Positions 38,141 through 51,681 of a stretch of DNA of 64,000 bases are shown here, piece after piece; position 1 is the stretch's first letter; every line of letters starts with the position of its first letter. The notes below the pieces were generated by a model. It was not told the origin of the DNA. It made no database searches and saw nothing but the letters and a program-made list of their open reading frames with translations. The position numbers and the translations under genes were made by a program. The DNA comes from Vicugna vicugna (taxonomy: Eukaryota), in NCBI GenBank assembly GCA_013265495.1, contig MU058213.1, forward strand, positions 868,001 to 932,000, in the 5' to 3' direction.

Positions 38141-39627
38141 AAAAGACAGCTTTAAACTGGCTTTCTAAGTTCACAAAATAGCATTTAAGTTGGCAAAGAT
38201 CATACCTTTGCCACAAAATAACTGTACTATGGAGGGCAAGATGACAAACTCCTGTTCTTATTAAATACGCCCTGAAGACTCAGCATCACCAACCGCAGGC
38301 AGAGGGTGCAACCAGGGTCCTGTTTCTATTTTCTACTTTTATCTCTGAAGGGCAGAAAGACTGGAGTGCTACTCTGAAATGCATACAGATTTACCCAAAT
38401 CCAGACAGCTAGTTCTAGAATTTCATATATGTATTTTAAATGTCATCTTCTCTTTCCCCATAAGCTTCCTTATCAGTAACAGAATTCTAACAAGACACGG
38501 TTTTAGAACATAAATGTTAGTGGGACCAACAAAAGTGACTATGCTTCTCTAAGCAAACATACAAGTCAGCTGTGCCATGAGTAGACTGGGGCATTGGCAG
38601 GGCAATACTGGAACCAGCTGGCACCCTCCCTTTACTGGGAACCCCCACTTCTACACTCACCCTCCTTCCCAAAGACAAGACAAAGTTATGGACAGGGATT
38701 AACCAACACACACAAAAAAAAGATGTTTTTTTATTCTGATCTCCTTGGTTACCAATCACTGGGCAAAACTCACTGAAGCCATTGAAACCAAACAGTTAAC
38801 AGTAGACTAAATATTTTAGTGATTTTAAAATTTCAAAAGGATTTGAACCAATAATAACAATGGTTTGTGATTAGAATAAAGCAGAATAAGTATTAAGATG
38901 CTTGAACAAATAGTCTATTAAGTATTTTTAAAATTTAATCACTAAAATCATATTTTTATGAGATTTTAAAGACATAAATATCCCTAGAGTAGATGAATGC
39001 CTATGTTAGAAAGGTGTTGCTGTATCAATTCTATTTGCTTTCCCCTAAACATATTTAACATGTTGAGTTTGGGTAATTATTTTGAACTGTAACAATGCAG
39101 GAAACTCTCCTGGTTTGTCGTTTCATAAACTTGAATTTCACAGCAAGCACACAGAATGCCAAATCATGTACTTAATACTGCGGTTAGGCACATGTGATAA
39201 TATATGAGAATGTAGCCACATTGTCCAGGCATATACATCCTTTAGATTGATCATTATTCCAAACAAGAAACCTCTAGTAAGGTATTAATCTCTCCTGCAG
39301 TAGTTTGGGCTTTAGTTGAAAGGCCTGGGTTTTCTTCTACTCCTAGTGAGATATTCACAAATTTTAGTTCTGAAGGGAACTCTGATAGCATCCTTCAGTT
39401 ATGGGCAGCAACTCCTCCATTCACCATCAACCCATTTCAGATTCAACAGCATCCCTTAGTGGAGAAGGTTTTAAAGAAGGTGTCTAGCTCGAGGTTCAAA
39501 GTTATACTGAAAATTTCCCAGGAAGACAATTAATATGCAAGAAATATAGACATTAAAATCAGGAGGCCACTGTTAGTAAGAAAAACAACAAGTTAATAAC
39601 ATTCCATTTTGAGGAGACAAATAGAAC

Positions 39628-39708
39628 CTGTTGGCTTGTTTTAACCCTTCATAAACCAGCCACAGCTCTCCATCCTCATTCAACTCATGGCAATCCAGAG
39701 CAGGTGAT
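39628..39708 (-). CDS. MYO5A: Myosin Va alternative exon D (SPALDCHELNEDGELWLVYEGLKQAN(R))
   Basis: 81 bp symmetric phase 2-2 exon; weak acceptor ggaag and weak donor GTTCTA. Confidence 0.93.
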
Positions 39709-40719
39709 CTTCCATGCAAAAGGAACAACGATGCAAAACACAAAGGGATACAGAAGGGTGATGAGATGATGACGGTCAAGAGCAGTACATGGTATTTCAC
39801 TATTTTATGAAGTCAATAAGACTGTTTTTATTAATTACAGATGATTTTAAGACATTACCACAAAAATTATTTTTGTTAATTTAAAAAAATGGGTAACATG
39901 TAATATCACATGTAAATGGGTTGGAATTAAAATAATCAAGGATCTAGAGCTATTTTTCCTGCAAAATAATAAATGACTAAAAAGGTGAGAAAATGGTTCT
40001 GTTTTTAACACTTTATCGAGCTAGCAGAGTGATCTTACATGTCACATACTATGTTAGAGACTAAACACAACAGTCATACACATGGAGAAGGAAAACCTCA
40101 GCTACTGCCTTCATGTGGCAATCTTCATAATTCATTTCAAAATGAAGTTTTAAGAATTCTGGGCAGGAATTTGTTTCAGCTTAATAAAATCTGGTTTTGT
40201 ATTTTTAAAATTGTTCTAAAAATTCTTATAGGAGTAACTTATAAATAAGAATATGTTCAAGTTCTCAGCTTTTATGATACAACTTTAAAAGACATTTTGT
40301 GTCAAAAATTAACTTTAAGACCCAGGGAAACTGATTTATATTAGAGGTGTGACACATTTTATGAATAATGTGGATAATTAACAAATAAAAAAGACAAAAT
40401 TAGTTATAGGTTTTTTCCTATCTAGGGTATAAAAATCATATATTTGAGTGTTTGCCAAGTGTCAGACACTGTTCGACATCCTCCCACATATATTACCGCA
40501 TTTAGTTCTCCCAGTAACCCAACACGTACCACACTGCAGGAGGCACTGAGGCTTAGAAGTAAGCTACCTGCGGAGGTCACACAGCTGGCAAGCAGTGGAG
40601 CCCAGGCTATCTGCCTCCAGAGCCCAGGTGCTCACTCCTCTTACTGGACTTTTGTCATTGATTCATGTTTACATAAAACAAATTTCAGAGAATGCTCCTC
40701 TATTTCTTTCCATCTGCTG

Positions 40720-41450
40720 TCTCTCTCTCTGGAGAGTGGATTTATCTACATGGTCTCAATTGTATTATTATATGCTGATGACCTCAACATTTATATCTCA
40801 GCCCACACATCTCTCTTGTTCCAGATCTATATTTTCAACTGCCTAATGAATTTCTCTCCTTGGATATCTTCCTAGCTCCTTAAATATTTGTAAATCTACT
40901 GATCATTTCCTGTACTTCTCCGCATCCCAGACCCAGGATCACAAAATGGCATTACTATATCCAATCAAGTATCCAAAGGAGACACTGCAGTCACTTCATG
41001 ATTCCTCCCCCTTCCCTCACCCATTGACATACAACACACTGCAAGGCTATCACTTCATCTTCTTACGTAGCTTTCAAAGTGTCCCATTTCTCTCAATCCC
41101 AACTGTCACTAAGTCAAAGTCACTATAATGAGTCATTCAGTTATGGTAATAACTTCTTGCTGGTCTTCAGGCTTTCAGCCTTGTTCCACTACTATCCATC
41201 CTCTAGCATAAAAGCCAGGGCCAGCTTTCTAAATTTCAAACCTCATCATATCATTCTCTTACTTAAAATCTTTAAACAGCTTCCACTGTCATTGGAGTGA
41301 AGTCCCAATTCTCCTGGCTGAATTCCCAAAAGCCTATAAACTCTGTGAAAGGAAGACCTGCATTTACCTTGCTTACTGCCATATTCCCAGTGGGAATGAA
41401 GTCGGCATGTAATACGTATCTGGTGATAGAATAGTTGGGTGGATGGATGA
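40720..41450 (+). mobile_element. L2 LINE fragment (preceded by MIR at ~40440-40640)
   Basis: tatgctgatgacctcaacatttatatctca...ccagatctatattttcaactgcct; ends ggtggatggatgaa. Confidence 0.6.
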
Positions 41451-42518
41451 ACAATGTAATACAGCTCTTTCTATACTAACACACTCTTAGATATAAGATA
41501 TGCTTATAATTTGATTCATCAATTTAAATTTAACTTAACCAAATACTTTTATAAGCATTCTCCACTCTTGCCCATAAAAGACAATAACAAGTACCTTACA
41601 TTCTGCATGGCAATACTCTGTAGTTTGTGAAGTATTTCTGTGTACCAATCCTGATATTGAGCATCAGACCTAAATGTACACTGATAATCTTTGCCGTCAT
41701 GACTGGCCATGCTCTTCTAAGCATGTAGTCTTGTAAGTTCAGAGTTTAATAGTCTAAAGACTCTGTTGGGAAGCAGGAGTGGTAGGAAGGCCAAGGCATC
41801 CTCAAAATGAGCCTTTACTCTGTCATAATCTTAGTTAAAGGGAAAGCTTTTGGGAAAGTTCAGTCATTAAGTAACTCTACAAATCCTGCACTCTCAGTCA
41901 GCCCACCCAAAGGCTCTTAAGAACGAGCTAAATGCTGACTACAACTTCATTCATGTTGAGCGTAAATGAGATGACGCCAGTTAGGATTATCTCAAAACAC
42001 CTAAGGAAACATGACAAAAACTTGGTCTCAAATATGAGGATCCCATCCTAGAAGTCATGGTACCCATCTAGAATCATGGGGCCAACACTGATGTGATTCC
42101 AGGTACTTCATAACTTCTCTTGACACTAAATTTCAATTACTGAAAGCTTCAGTTGTCCCTACAAATCTTCACAAATAACCACTCCGAATAACAAACGAAG
42201 GTGACTACCCAAAACAGTCCAACAGTGAACAACTGATTTCTTTCTCAAGGTAACTTCTCAAGGCCAACACTCTAAATATACAGAAATATAGTTCCTTGAT
42301 GTAAAGAACATTTCCCTTTCCATCTCTCATCTATAATGTTACCTTATATTATAAATGAGATTTTCACTGGAAATACATTAGAAACCTTGGATTTGCTTTG
42401 AAGGTCAGCTGATGTCTAAGAAAGCAATGCACAACACTTGGATTTGTACAAGAGGCTAGCTTGAGGATTAAAGACCAACATGATGAAACCAAAACGAATA
42501 AAAGAAAGATCAACTTAC

Positions 42519-42619
42519 CTGTTTGTTTCTTTCAAACCAATATATGCTTGTGCTATTTCACCTTTATCTTTCATTTTCTGTACATCTTCTAAAAGTATTG
42601 TGGAATCTGTCATCGTATT
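42519..42619 (-). CDS. MYO5A: Myosin Va tail exon C ([13 protein letters not shown]...GLKETN(R))
   Basis: 101 bp; acceptor cttcag, donor GTAAGT; phase 0 to 2. Confidence 0.96.
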
Positions 42620-42913
42620 CTGAAGGGGGAGAAGACACATTTCCACATTAAGACAACTCAAAAGCTTTGGACCACAGACAGCATTTTTCTTTACTCCAGA
42701 ATAGGGGGTTTCCATGTTGCACAACACCTCTGCCCCACCAGAGCTTCAGTCCTACCCCGGCGCAACTACAGAGGAGACTGAGGCACAGGCACTGAGAAAA
42801 AGAGGCATTTTCAGTCTCTCTCTTGAGAATCCCTAATGCTCTACTACAAAGGTGGTACAATTCTAGAGTAAATAAAATCACTGATGGGTCATGTGTGTTT
42901 TACACTATGTGAA

Positions 42914-42970
<57 letters not shown>

Positions 42971-43143
42971 GTGTCCTTTCTTGTTNNNNNNNNNNNNNNN
43001 NNNNNNNNNNNNNNNNNNNNNNNNNNNNNNNNNNNNNNNNNNNNNNNNNNNNNNNNNNNNNNNNNNNNNNNNNNNNNNNNNNNNNNNNNNNNNNNNNNNN
43101 NNNNNNNNNNNNNNNTATATATATATATATATATATATATATT
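42914..43143. repeat. (TA)n microsatellite spanning a 130-N assembly gap (42986-43115)
   Basis: Direct reading. Confidence 0.95.
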
Positions 43144-43774
43144 CAGTGTCCTTGCTTGGTTATTGTTCCAATGCTGTGTATATGCTTTTAAATATATATC
43201 CATATATCTATGTATCTATATCTGTAAGTATAAAGTACATAGTATATAGGCAATAATACTGAGCAAAGAGTCAATGGAATATACAAAGCTATCTTTCTAC
43301 TACTTATGGACCAATTATAATAAAACAAATGCTCTAATAAACACTAGAAGTTTAACATAAAGCTCCTTTTTCTATTAAAAACTCAGTATACAAAAAGTAG
43401 TGTTTAGATGACATGCTTCAGCAAACAAGTTTTTTTCCTCACATCTTTAGATATATATAAATGGGAAGGATTTAGCTCCTTGTAAATATCTACCATCTGC
43501 TGTTATTCAGTTCTTTTTTCCTCTCTCACAGTAGAGCATGGTACTTAAGCTTTTGAAATAAACATCTGGCAGGTCAGAATTACTAACGATTTTTATGGAA
43601 AAGACTTCTCTGCTAACATTTTTTTCGCTTTTCCTTTCTGGTCTAATCTGTCTGACAACCAATGCAATTTCAAAATCTTGCTTCTAGTCAGCCACTCTCT
43701 CTCTCTTCTAAGCCGGGGCAAGAACAGACAGTAAGAACAACTGCTCTGTAGCCTCTAAAGAACAGCACACTTTA

Positions 43775-43867
43775 GGGCGGTGGCCATACCTCAGTGGTAG
43801 AGCGCATGCTTAACAGGCATGAAGTCCTGGGTTCAATCCCCAGTACCTCCACCAAAAAAAAAAAAAA
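43775..43867 (+). mobile_element. Short tRNA-derived SINE (same family as 19317)
   Basis: ctcagtggtagagcgcatgct...gggttcaatccccagtacctccacc plus poly-A; TSD aacagcacactttag / aatagtacactttag. Confidence 0.85.
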
Positions 43868-45104
43868 TAGTACACTTTAGAACCCAAGGGGCCCATTCTA
43901 TTTGTCTAAATAGTATATAGCTGATCCTTTAGTCAACATTTACTCTAAAGCCGGGTCTCACAGAGAAGTTGAAATAACAGAATACACTTCAAATACCATG
44001 ATCTTAGAGACCAGTTCCAAGATAACTTTAATGCCAGTTAGAGACCCACAAATAGTTGCTTTTGAATTTCAAAGTTTATAAGAAACATACTTTTAAAAAA
44101 AAAATCTCACTTTTATCCTAATGCTGTCCTTTTGTGACTTTATAAATGCACACTTAGAGAAGACAAAACATAATCCGATAAAAGCTATAAACAAGAGCCT
44201 ATATTTTACTGAATTTTTAAAATCTTTACTATAAACACCACATACAGCAGTTCTTCAAGTAAGTTTTATAAATATTTGAGTGCACATTTCAAAAAAGAAA
44301 ATTTCTTTTTTCTCTTTTATTGAAAGGCAGACAATCTTTTTGTTCTATTCAGGGCCACACTGGGATTTTTAAGTTTTAAATAATAATTCAAAGAATCAGT
44401 TTCTATAATAAATAATGCTACATGTATTCTCTGATACCTGAGGATCTACACGAGGTGGTTTTGAACTTTCAGTGAACAAGGTAACTTGATCTAATGAACT
44501 AATCCACAAGAAAGGTGGTAGAAAGCAGCCAGTCCTTCCCTTACTCAGCCTACCTTAGCTAAGAAGCAGTAGCCGGGGCATGGGAGCAAACTTGGACTGC
44601 CGGCACTGGGAATGGCCTGACTCACTGCTCAAAGCGTCTCCACCAAGACAGTGACCAGAAGTTCTGAAAGGGTTGCACCACGTAGGAAAATCCCACCCTT
44701 CCCAGGAAGGGTGTGCTGGGCTCCTCAGGCTCCTCCTCGCCCTTGGCCAACAAACCCACAGCTGGTAGAAATGAGTGTGGGAGAGCCTGTGCTTCCGGTG
44801 TGCTCCAAGTTAAGGGCTTCCCCCCCTCACTTGAGGATGTCTTCCCAGAACTACCACTGTGAGTCACAGATCTGACTGTCAGCTAGAAGTCACGGAGGCC
44901 TCTCCATGATCCAGACCAGAGCCTATGGCATCCATTATCTTCCCACTGACCTCTCAAATAGGGAGAAGTCAAATAGGAAATTACCTTGTAAATATCAAAA
45001 TGACTTGGAGGCCAGAAAGCATCAGTTGCATATATTGGGGCAGACTTATAAACTATTAGGATTAAATAAAAGTATTACTAAAATTAAAAAAAAATTATAA
45101 TTAC

Positions 45105-45113
45105 CTTGTCATC
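45105..45113 (-). CDS. MYO5A: Myosin Va alternative microexon B (DDK)
   Basis: ttttcag|GATGACAAG|gtaatt with long U-rich tract upstream; lies between exons A and C as known for the neuronal isoform. Confidence 0.93.
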
Positions 45114-46404
45114 CTGAAAATCACAAGTCAGCAAGCACAAAAAAAACAAGAAAAAACACAAATGGAGAAAACAATAAACCCTTAGTTTCATAAATAAATT
45201 CCATCAATGAGTCCCCATCAGAACAGATAAAAGCAAACAATGAAAACAAACGTGACTTTTTCTCCTAAAACCTGGTAAATAAATCAGTATCCACAGAACC
45301 GGCATGAAGTGCACAGGAATATATATTTATGTAATGGTATCTCTTAATTCTCAGGAATAAGCTCTTAAAATTTTTTTGAGTTGTTTTCATTTTTCTAATT
45401 ATAAAGTGTTGGTGAGGATGTGAGAAAATGACCCTCCTGTTAATCTATCTGGGTGAAATTCTTATCCTAGGTCTAGGAGTTCTAGTAATGCCTTGATAGG
45501 TTACGGGTCTGAGTGAAGCCTCCCAGAATACTTGTGGAGGCGAAGCAGGCAAACTAGACGTGGCTGGGCTGGATCATTATCTGGCTCACGATGTCACTCA
45601 CCACTGCCCTGCAAGGAAATTGTGAAATGACAGAAATGGAGTGGGACCTATAGTCCTGGGTTTGAAAGGTCTTAATCAGTGTCCTGGGCATTTTTCCTAA
45701 GACAGAATGAGCTGATGCTATGTGCAGGCTGGGAGCTTAGCAGGGACCTTGATTAGATGGGGCCAGCCCATTAGGGGCTGGAGAGAAGCTGTCACCTGGA
45801 GCATGTGAGATGGGTGGGTGAGAGTGTGTGATATCAGAACTACGTGAGCTGGATTGTTTTTAATATTCCTCTTTCATTTTTCTTTCCATTAACTTTTACT
45901 AAAGTTTCCTGTGAGAATACCAGTTCTCACAGGGAACCAGGGCAAGGAATCCTAATTTTGGACTCTGCTCCAGCTAGCATGCAGAGGGAGCCTTGTCTCT
46001 CGAGGACAAATCACAGTGGTCGTCATGGGAACCAAATGGAGCCAGCCTCTGGGAAGGTGAGATGCACAGGGCTGGGTCAAAGGAGAGAGTCCCCTTCTGG
46101 AACCCTTCTCATTTCAGACTTAAAGGGTGTGCAATGTGTTTTAAAATAAGGAAGTCCATTTTTTTTTTAACATAACTCCACTTATTACTGGGATTTTCCT
46201 GCCTCCCTCCCCAAGGTTATTGAGTCAGATATCTTGTTTCCAGAATTGGATATTTTCAGGATCAGTGCTGATCCCAGGTGTGAGCTGCCGTTATCAAACA
46301 CAAATGTTATGTGCCAGGCTGGGTATCTTTGTCCCATGCAGACTCACCATTTCCAAGAGAAGTGCTCTCAGATCTTGCAGGCATCCCATTCATTATATAT
46401 CACA

Positions 46405-46775
46405 GTCTTTTAAAAATTGAATTATATTGACATACAACATTGCATTAGCTTCATTTGTACAACATAGTGACTTGATAGTTTTACACATTATGGAATGATC
46501 ACCAGGATAAGTCTAGTTACCATCTGTCACCATATAGAGTTATCATCGTGTCACTGACCATATTCCCTATGCTGTACATTACATCCCTGGGACTTGTTTT
46601 AACTGGAAGTTTATACCTCTTAATCCCCCTCACCTATTTCACCCAACTCCCTTCCCCCTTCCTCTCTTGCAACCACTAGTCTATTCTTTATATCTATGAG
46701 CCTGCTTCTGTTTTATTTTTTAGATTCCACATAAAAGTGAAATAACATGGTATGTGTCTTTCTCTGTCTGACCTA
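46405..46775 (-). mobile_element. L1MA-like 3' end
   Basis: ttgacatacaacattgcattag...atctgtcaccata...tagattccacataaaagtga. Confidence 0.8.
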
Positions 46776-47560
46776 CAGTCATTTTTTTATGTGGCTTGTT
46801 GTGCAGCTGGGATACTTGATTGCCTAATTCTCGGTAACACTTTGATGCATTAACATGGGCAGAGACACTGACCAGGTTTCAAGATGATTACTAAGACTCC
46901 CTCTGATGTCAAATGACAAAAAGGCCCATTTCTCACCAACACATGGCAGTGTTGGATCTCAAATTTCCGGAGGGCAGGGAAGGACTTCAAAGGGCCGTCT
47001 ATCTCCTCCAGTATGGATACTTTCTGTGCAATCACTAAACACAGCCCCTCCCTGCTGAGACAGCTCCCATTATTAAAGAGAACTCCCTGGAGGGAGCAGA
47101 AATCCTCTCCCCGTAAATTCTATTCACTGATCTCATTTCTCACCTTTTCATGTGCCACCTCTCTGGTTAAACAGGCTATTTTCAACAAATATTTTTAAAC
47201 TGTATTTAATGTTTTCCCATAGCAAGGCAATTAATGGATCTTTGTATTTAATAGCATTTTATTTTTGATCAGAATTTATCATGGCCAGATTACTACAAAA
47301 ATATTAATTTCAAAAGCCCTTTGCTCATGAGTGAGGGGTCAAACTCTGGAGAGCATTTAGGATTTCACTTGCTTTTTGCTCACTTCCATTGGTATTTGCA
47401 ATAGTTTTAAAACAACACTGAGTTGTTTTTTTTAATGATGATATCCTCAATTAGACTAAAAACGCTCCTAAGTGTTTGCTTCGTTATAAATTGGAGGGCA
47501 AGGATACGAAGAAAGAGGCCAGTCCCCAAACACCCACTTTGGCCCCTTGCTCAAGCTTAC

Positions 47561-47788
47561 CTTGGGTTGGATGGCCTCTTTCTGGCTCACCAGCTGAGAC
47601 CTCAAGATGAGGACTTCTTCCTTGCGGACATCGAGCTCCTCACTCACAGAGGTCAGCTGCTCCATGAGGACTCGGTAGGCTGGTGCCCCTGGAGCGGTCA
47701 CCTCTGGGGCACTTTTCTCACTAAGGGCCTTGCGTAACTCATTCAGTTCATTTTTCAGCTTCTTGTTTTCTGATTCTAGTTCTTGACG
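47561..47788 (-). CDS. MYO5A: Myosin Va tail exon A ([10 protein letters not shown]...KEAIQPK)
   Basis: 228 bp; acceptor atacag, donor GTAAGC. Confidence 0.96.
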
Positions 47789-48994
47789 CTGTATGAAGAG
47801 GCAAAGAATAGTTCATCACTGTCATCCTCAGCTTTACATCGGAATGCTTATCTTCTCCAGAGACAGTAGACGAATTCTACTGGAAAAGATCCTCAGAGCT
47901 ACCCTAGTGATGGGCTCCCCTGGTTCTACTGGGAAACCTGCTCTGCAAATTAAGAAAGTCAACATCAAGTGGAATTGAGCAATGTGAATGGCAGTGTGGT
48001 TCATCAACCCAAATTCCAGGGCCACATTTATTCCAGGCCTGCCCAGGGTGTGTTCACAGGCCTGGAGAGACTGCTGAGTCCCAAGGGGTGAGTTTAGCCC
48101 AGCCCTAAGAAGCCCAGGTTTTTTATGGATAAATATAAGGGCAAGTATAAGGGTCCAGCTGGTCAGGTTATTTGCAATGAGTGGCCCAGCAGAGCAGATC
48201 CCTGAAATCTTGAGTAATATCCTCTATTTCCTTTGTAAAGCAGAAGGGAAAGACCACTGAAATTTTAGGCTTTTAACTTCTAATAAAAAGATTATGTATC
48301 ATTTAAACTAATAAAATTCTCTACAGTGTTTTGATAATAACAAACAATATACTTCTGCAACTTCTTTCCTGTGTGACATGCTTGTGAAGCTGCTGGCAGA
48401 AGCCTTGAGAAGTGGGAGGACAGGATGGGCCACTTCTTCCTTCATCCAGATGGACACACACATCCTTTACCCTCTCTACACTTCCACATACTACCGACCA
48501 TCCTCACGTCACCAGTTAGCGCTGCCCTTTGTATGCTCTGCTCAAATGGGAACCCAGGACAGAGTTCTGACACTAAACACTATTTACTGACACTAAAATG
48601 CAACGTCAGAGGAGACTGGCTGGGAAATAGTGAAGCAGACAGGCATTTAAGAGCACCATGCTGATTTATCTAGCACATGGCCTTAAGGCCTTATGACAGT
48701 GCAAGTGAGACAATTTGGTGTAATGATAAAATATTCTACTGTTTCTTCCAGAGAAGCATTCTTGGTTTTGTAGCACATCTCAGAACTTTGAACCTGTTAT
48801 AGTAAGACTAAAGTACTTGTTTTCTTCTAGTTTAAGAATATATAACCCTTTCTTTCATGAATTAATCCATTCTTATGTGAAAATGAATGCTCCTTCCTAT
48901 TTCCAATTTCCCATCAGCTGGTAATCAGATTTGCATTGCTCATTTCTGCAACAGGAAACATGAATGTCTTTACTTTGACACCTAAGTGCTGATG

Positions 48995-49171
48995 CAGGGT
49001 TTCCTAAACTTTAATGTGCATCAGAATCACCTGGAGGACAGATGGCCTGGCTCCACCCTCCAGAGTTTCTGATTCAATAGGTCTGGTTTGAGGCCGACAC
49101 ATTTGCATTTCCAACAAGTTTCAAGATGATGTTGATGCAGCTGGTCCAGGGACCACATTTTGACAAACACT
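48995..49171 (+). mobile_element. MER5A hAT-Charlie element
   Basis: gcatcagaatcacctggagg...agtttctgattca...tttgcatttccaacaag...ctggtccagggaccaca. Confidence 0.85.
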
Positions 49172-50699
49172 AAGCTAACTGGGGATTTTGTGATCTGGGC
49201 TTCATTTTTAACCTACTATAGAGAATGTTTTTACTTGTCTATTTTTGTGTGAGGCAGGCTGAGGGAAAAGATCTGGAGATCAGATTCCACCCCATTCCTT
49301 GGCCTGTCCCATCCCATTCCATCCCATTCTCGTCTTGTATGACCATATCATTGTTTGGTCTTCTAGAAAGAGCAGAAAAGGCAATGGAGAGACAACCCTT
49401 TGCTGCCACCCTTTTCTTTTCCCACAGACATAAATACTACCCAAGTAGTACTTCCACTGAAGGAGCGAAAGATTTATCATGTCATAATTTAGGAAGGGTA
49501 AAAGGGTCCTTCAGGGTATTTTAAAAGTAAATATTATATTTGGGGGTAAAAACTAGTTTTCAAACAAGTAATAATAGGAACCTAGGGTGTTTAGGAAGAT
49601 TTCTATTGTCTGGAGACCTGGATTCAAAATCAGATTTTACCAACTGGTAGTAAACATCTTAACAGTTCTAAACCTCAGTTTATTCATTTTTGAAAAGGAA
49701 ATTAAAAACTTATCTCAGAAGTTGTGACAATGACTAAATAAGATACAGTATAAAGAAAACTTTTCAAACTGTAAGGTAAATGCTAAGTCTTATCAGTCAG
49801 GAGTTTATTAAGTATCAGTGGAAGTGTTCTAACTATCTTCAGGGGAAGGAGCTGATCAAAGAACTACAGCTTTGGTCAGGGTACTGGACAGACATTCTCT
49901 ATACCAACGTGCCATACAGCCTGGAGAGGAAGCACTGATCAGCATTTCTGGACTACAGGACGTGGGAAATTCACAGAAGACAGGGTCCTATTAACGTGCA
50001 TAAATTATGTCCCAAATCACAGTATTAGGAAATAATATATCCAACTAGACTTAAAGCAATATTAATGAAAACAACGCAAAACTTCATGACAATTTAGACC
50101 CCAAGAATTCTTAAATATACCTAACAGCTTTAAAATAATGAATTTCCTTGTGTTGTTTTGTGGCTTTTCTAATCTTTAGCCATTCTAGACTATAGTCTGC
50201 AAAAGCAAAAAAGGTTTAAAAATTGACATGAACAGAAAATATATGAGAAAAATACATTTAAGACTAATAAACTCATTAGTAACCTAGGAAACTTAAAGCT
50301 GGGGGTGACTTGATAGCTGACAATCTGATAGTTCAGACTTCGAGGAGCTCAAAATTTTGATTCTGGAAAGCAGAAGAAGGAGCCAGGTGGGGCACAGCCT
50401 GCTCTGAATCAAGGGATGGGACATTTTATTTTCCTCCCTTTAACTACATTTCTCAAGTTACCCAAGATGCTTTGTATTTCAGGAACTACTGTTCCTAACC
50501 AGTGCCTTTTCCCGTGCTCATCTGCTCTGGTCACACAGCGGCAGCTCATCCCTGTCCAGTTAGATGTTGGCCTTTAACTATTAAGAAGATACAACTTCCT
50601 GCCTCCATCCTCCTCCCTCCAATTATTTTTTAAAAGGTATGCTAGAATGTTTCTTCTCTGCAAACTAATACCTAGCTATCTTTCTCTACAGACATATAG

Positions 50700-51170
50700 T
50701 TTCACTGGGGTTTGGTGGTTAGAGCATGGGGTTTGGAACCGGAGAAACCTATGTTCAAATCCTGTTCCTGTCAGTTTCTAGTGGGGTCACCTTAGGTAAG
50801 TTACTTATATTTTTTAGCGTCAATTTCTTCATCTATAAAATGGGTAGAATGCTTACTCGCAGGATTGTTGCTAAGAATTAAAGCATATATTTAAGTGCTT
50901 GTATTTAAAAGGACGACGATGAGAGCTGCCAACATGTGGTGGGTACTTAGTATGTGCTGGGCAATGTTTTAAGTAGCTTACATGAAATACTTCATATAAT
51001 TCTACAGACAGTTCTGTGAGATAAATATTATCATTATTTCCATTGTATAGATAAGAAAACCAAGGCACAGAGAGAATGTATAACTTCCATAAGGCTACAT
51101 AGCAGCAGATCTGGCATTTGAACCCAGGCAGTCTGACACTAGGGGCTATGTCCTTTACTACCTTCTCTAG
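50700..51170. mobile_element. Two MIR copies in opposite orientation
   Basis: gttcaaatcct...atttcttcatctataaaatggg (+) then atagataagaaaaccaaggcacagaga...atttgaacccaggcagtctgac (-). Confidence 0.7.
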
Positions 51171-51393
51171 CCTCCAATGGCAGCTGCTGCTCCTTCTTCT
51201 GCTTAGACTGAACTCTAGCTTGTATGAAAGAGAATCCAAAAAAGGAAACAAATCAAGGCTAGAAGTAATGCCTGAATAAGGCTTAAGCTAGGGCCTTCAG
51301 TGGCCTTAAGGACGTTCTCTGAGAAAAAGAGGCACTGAGTGGGTCTCTTGCCAAAACAAGATATTCAAGTCTTGGGCAGGAACTTCCCATTAC

Positions 51394-51447
51394 CTTGAGT
51401 GACTCATATTCTAGTTCAGCACCTCTAATTTGTGGTTTTTCTTCTTC
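51394..51447 (-). CDS. MYO5A: Myosin Va coding exon (EEEKPQIRGAELEYESLK)
   Basis: 54 bp; acceptor ccttag, donor GTAATG; read manually, not in ORF track. Confidence 0.95.
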
Positions 51448-51681
51448 CTAAGGAAAAAACACAGAGTTAAAAAAACCTTGTAAATAAGTAGTTATATTTT
51501 AATTGTCACATTTTTACTCTTGGACTATTTCCTTGCTCTGCAGAAACAGTGGGGAGAGTTTAGCCCTCATCACCTGAACCAAATGCTGCTTGGCTGAAGT
51601 ACTGCTAGACTGAGTTTCCACTAAAGAAGAGACCGTAAAACTTGCTTTGCCGCGGCCCACGGGTGGGAGAGCACCACGCAC

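Noticed and set aside
42884..43256. YI-repeat ORFs and apparent duplication of (TA)n+agtgtcctt on both sides of the N gap
   Set aside because: Microsatellite translation; the near-identical flanks most likely reflect unmerged contig ends (assembly artefact)
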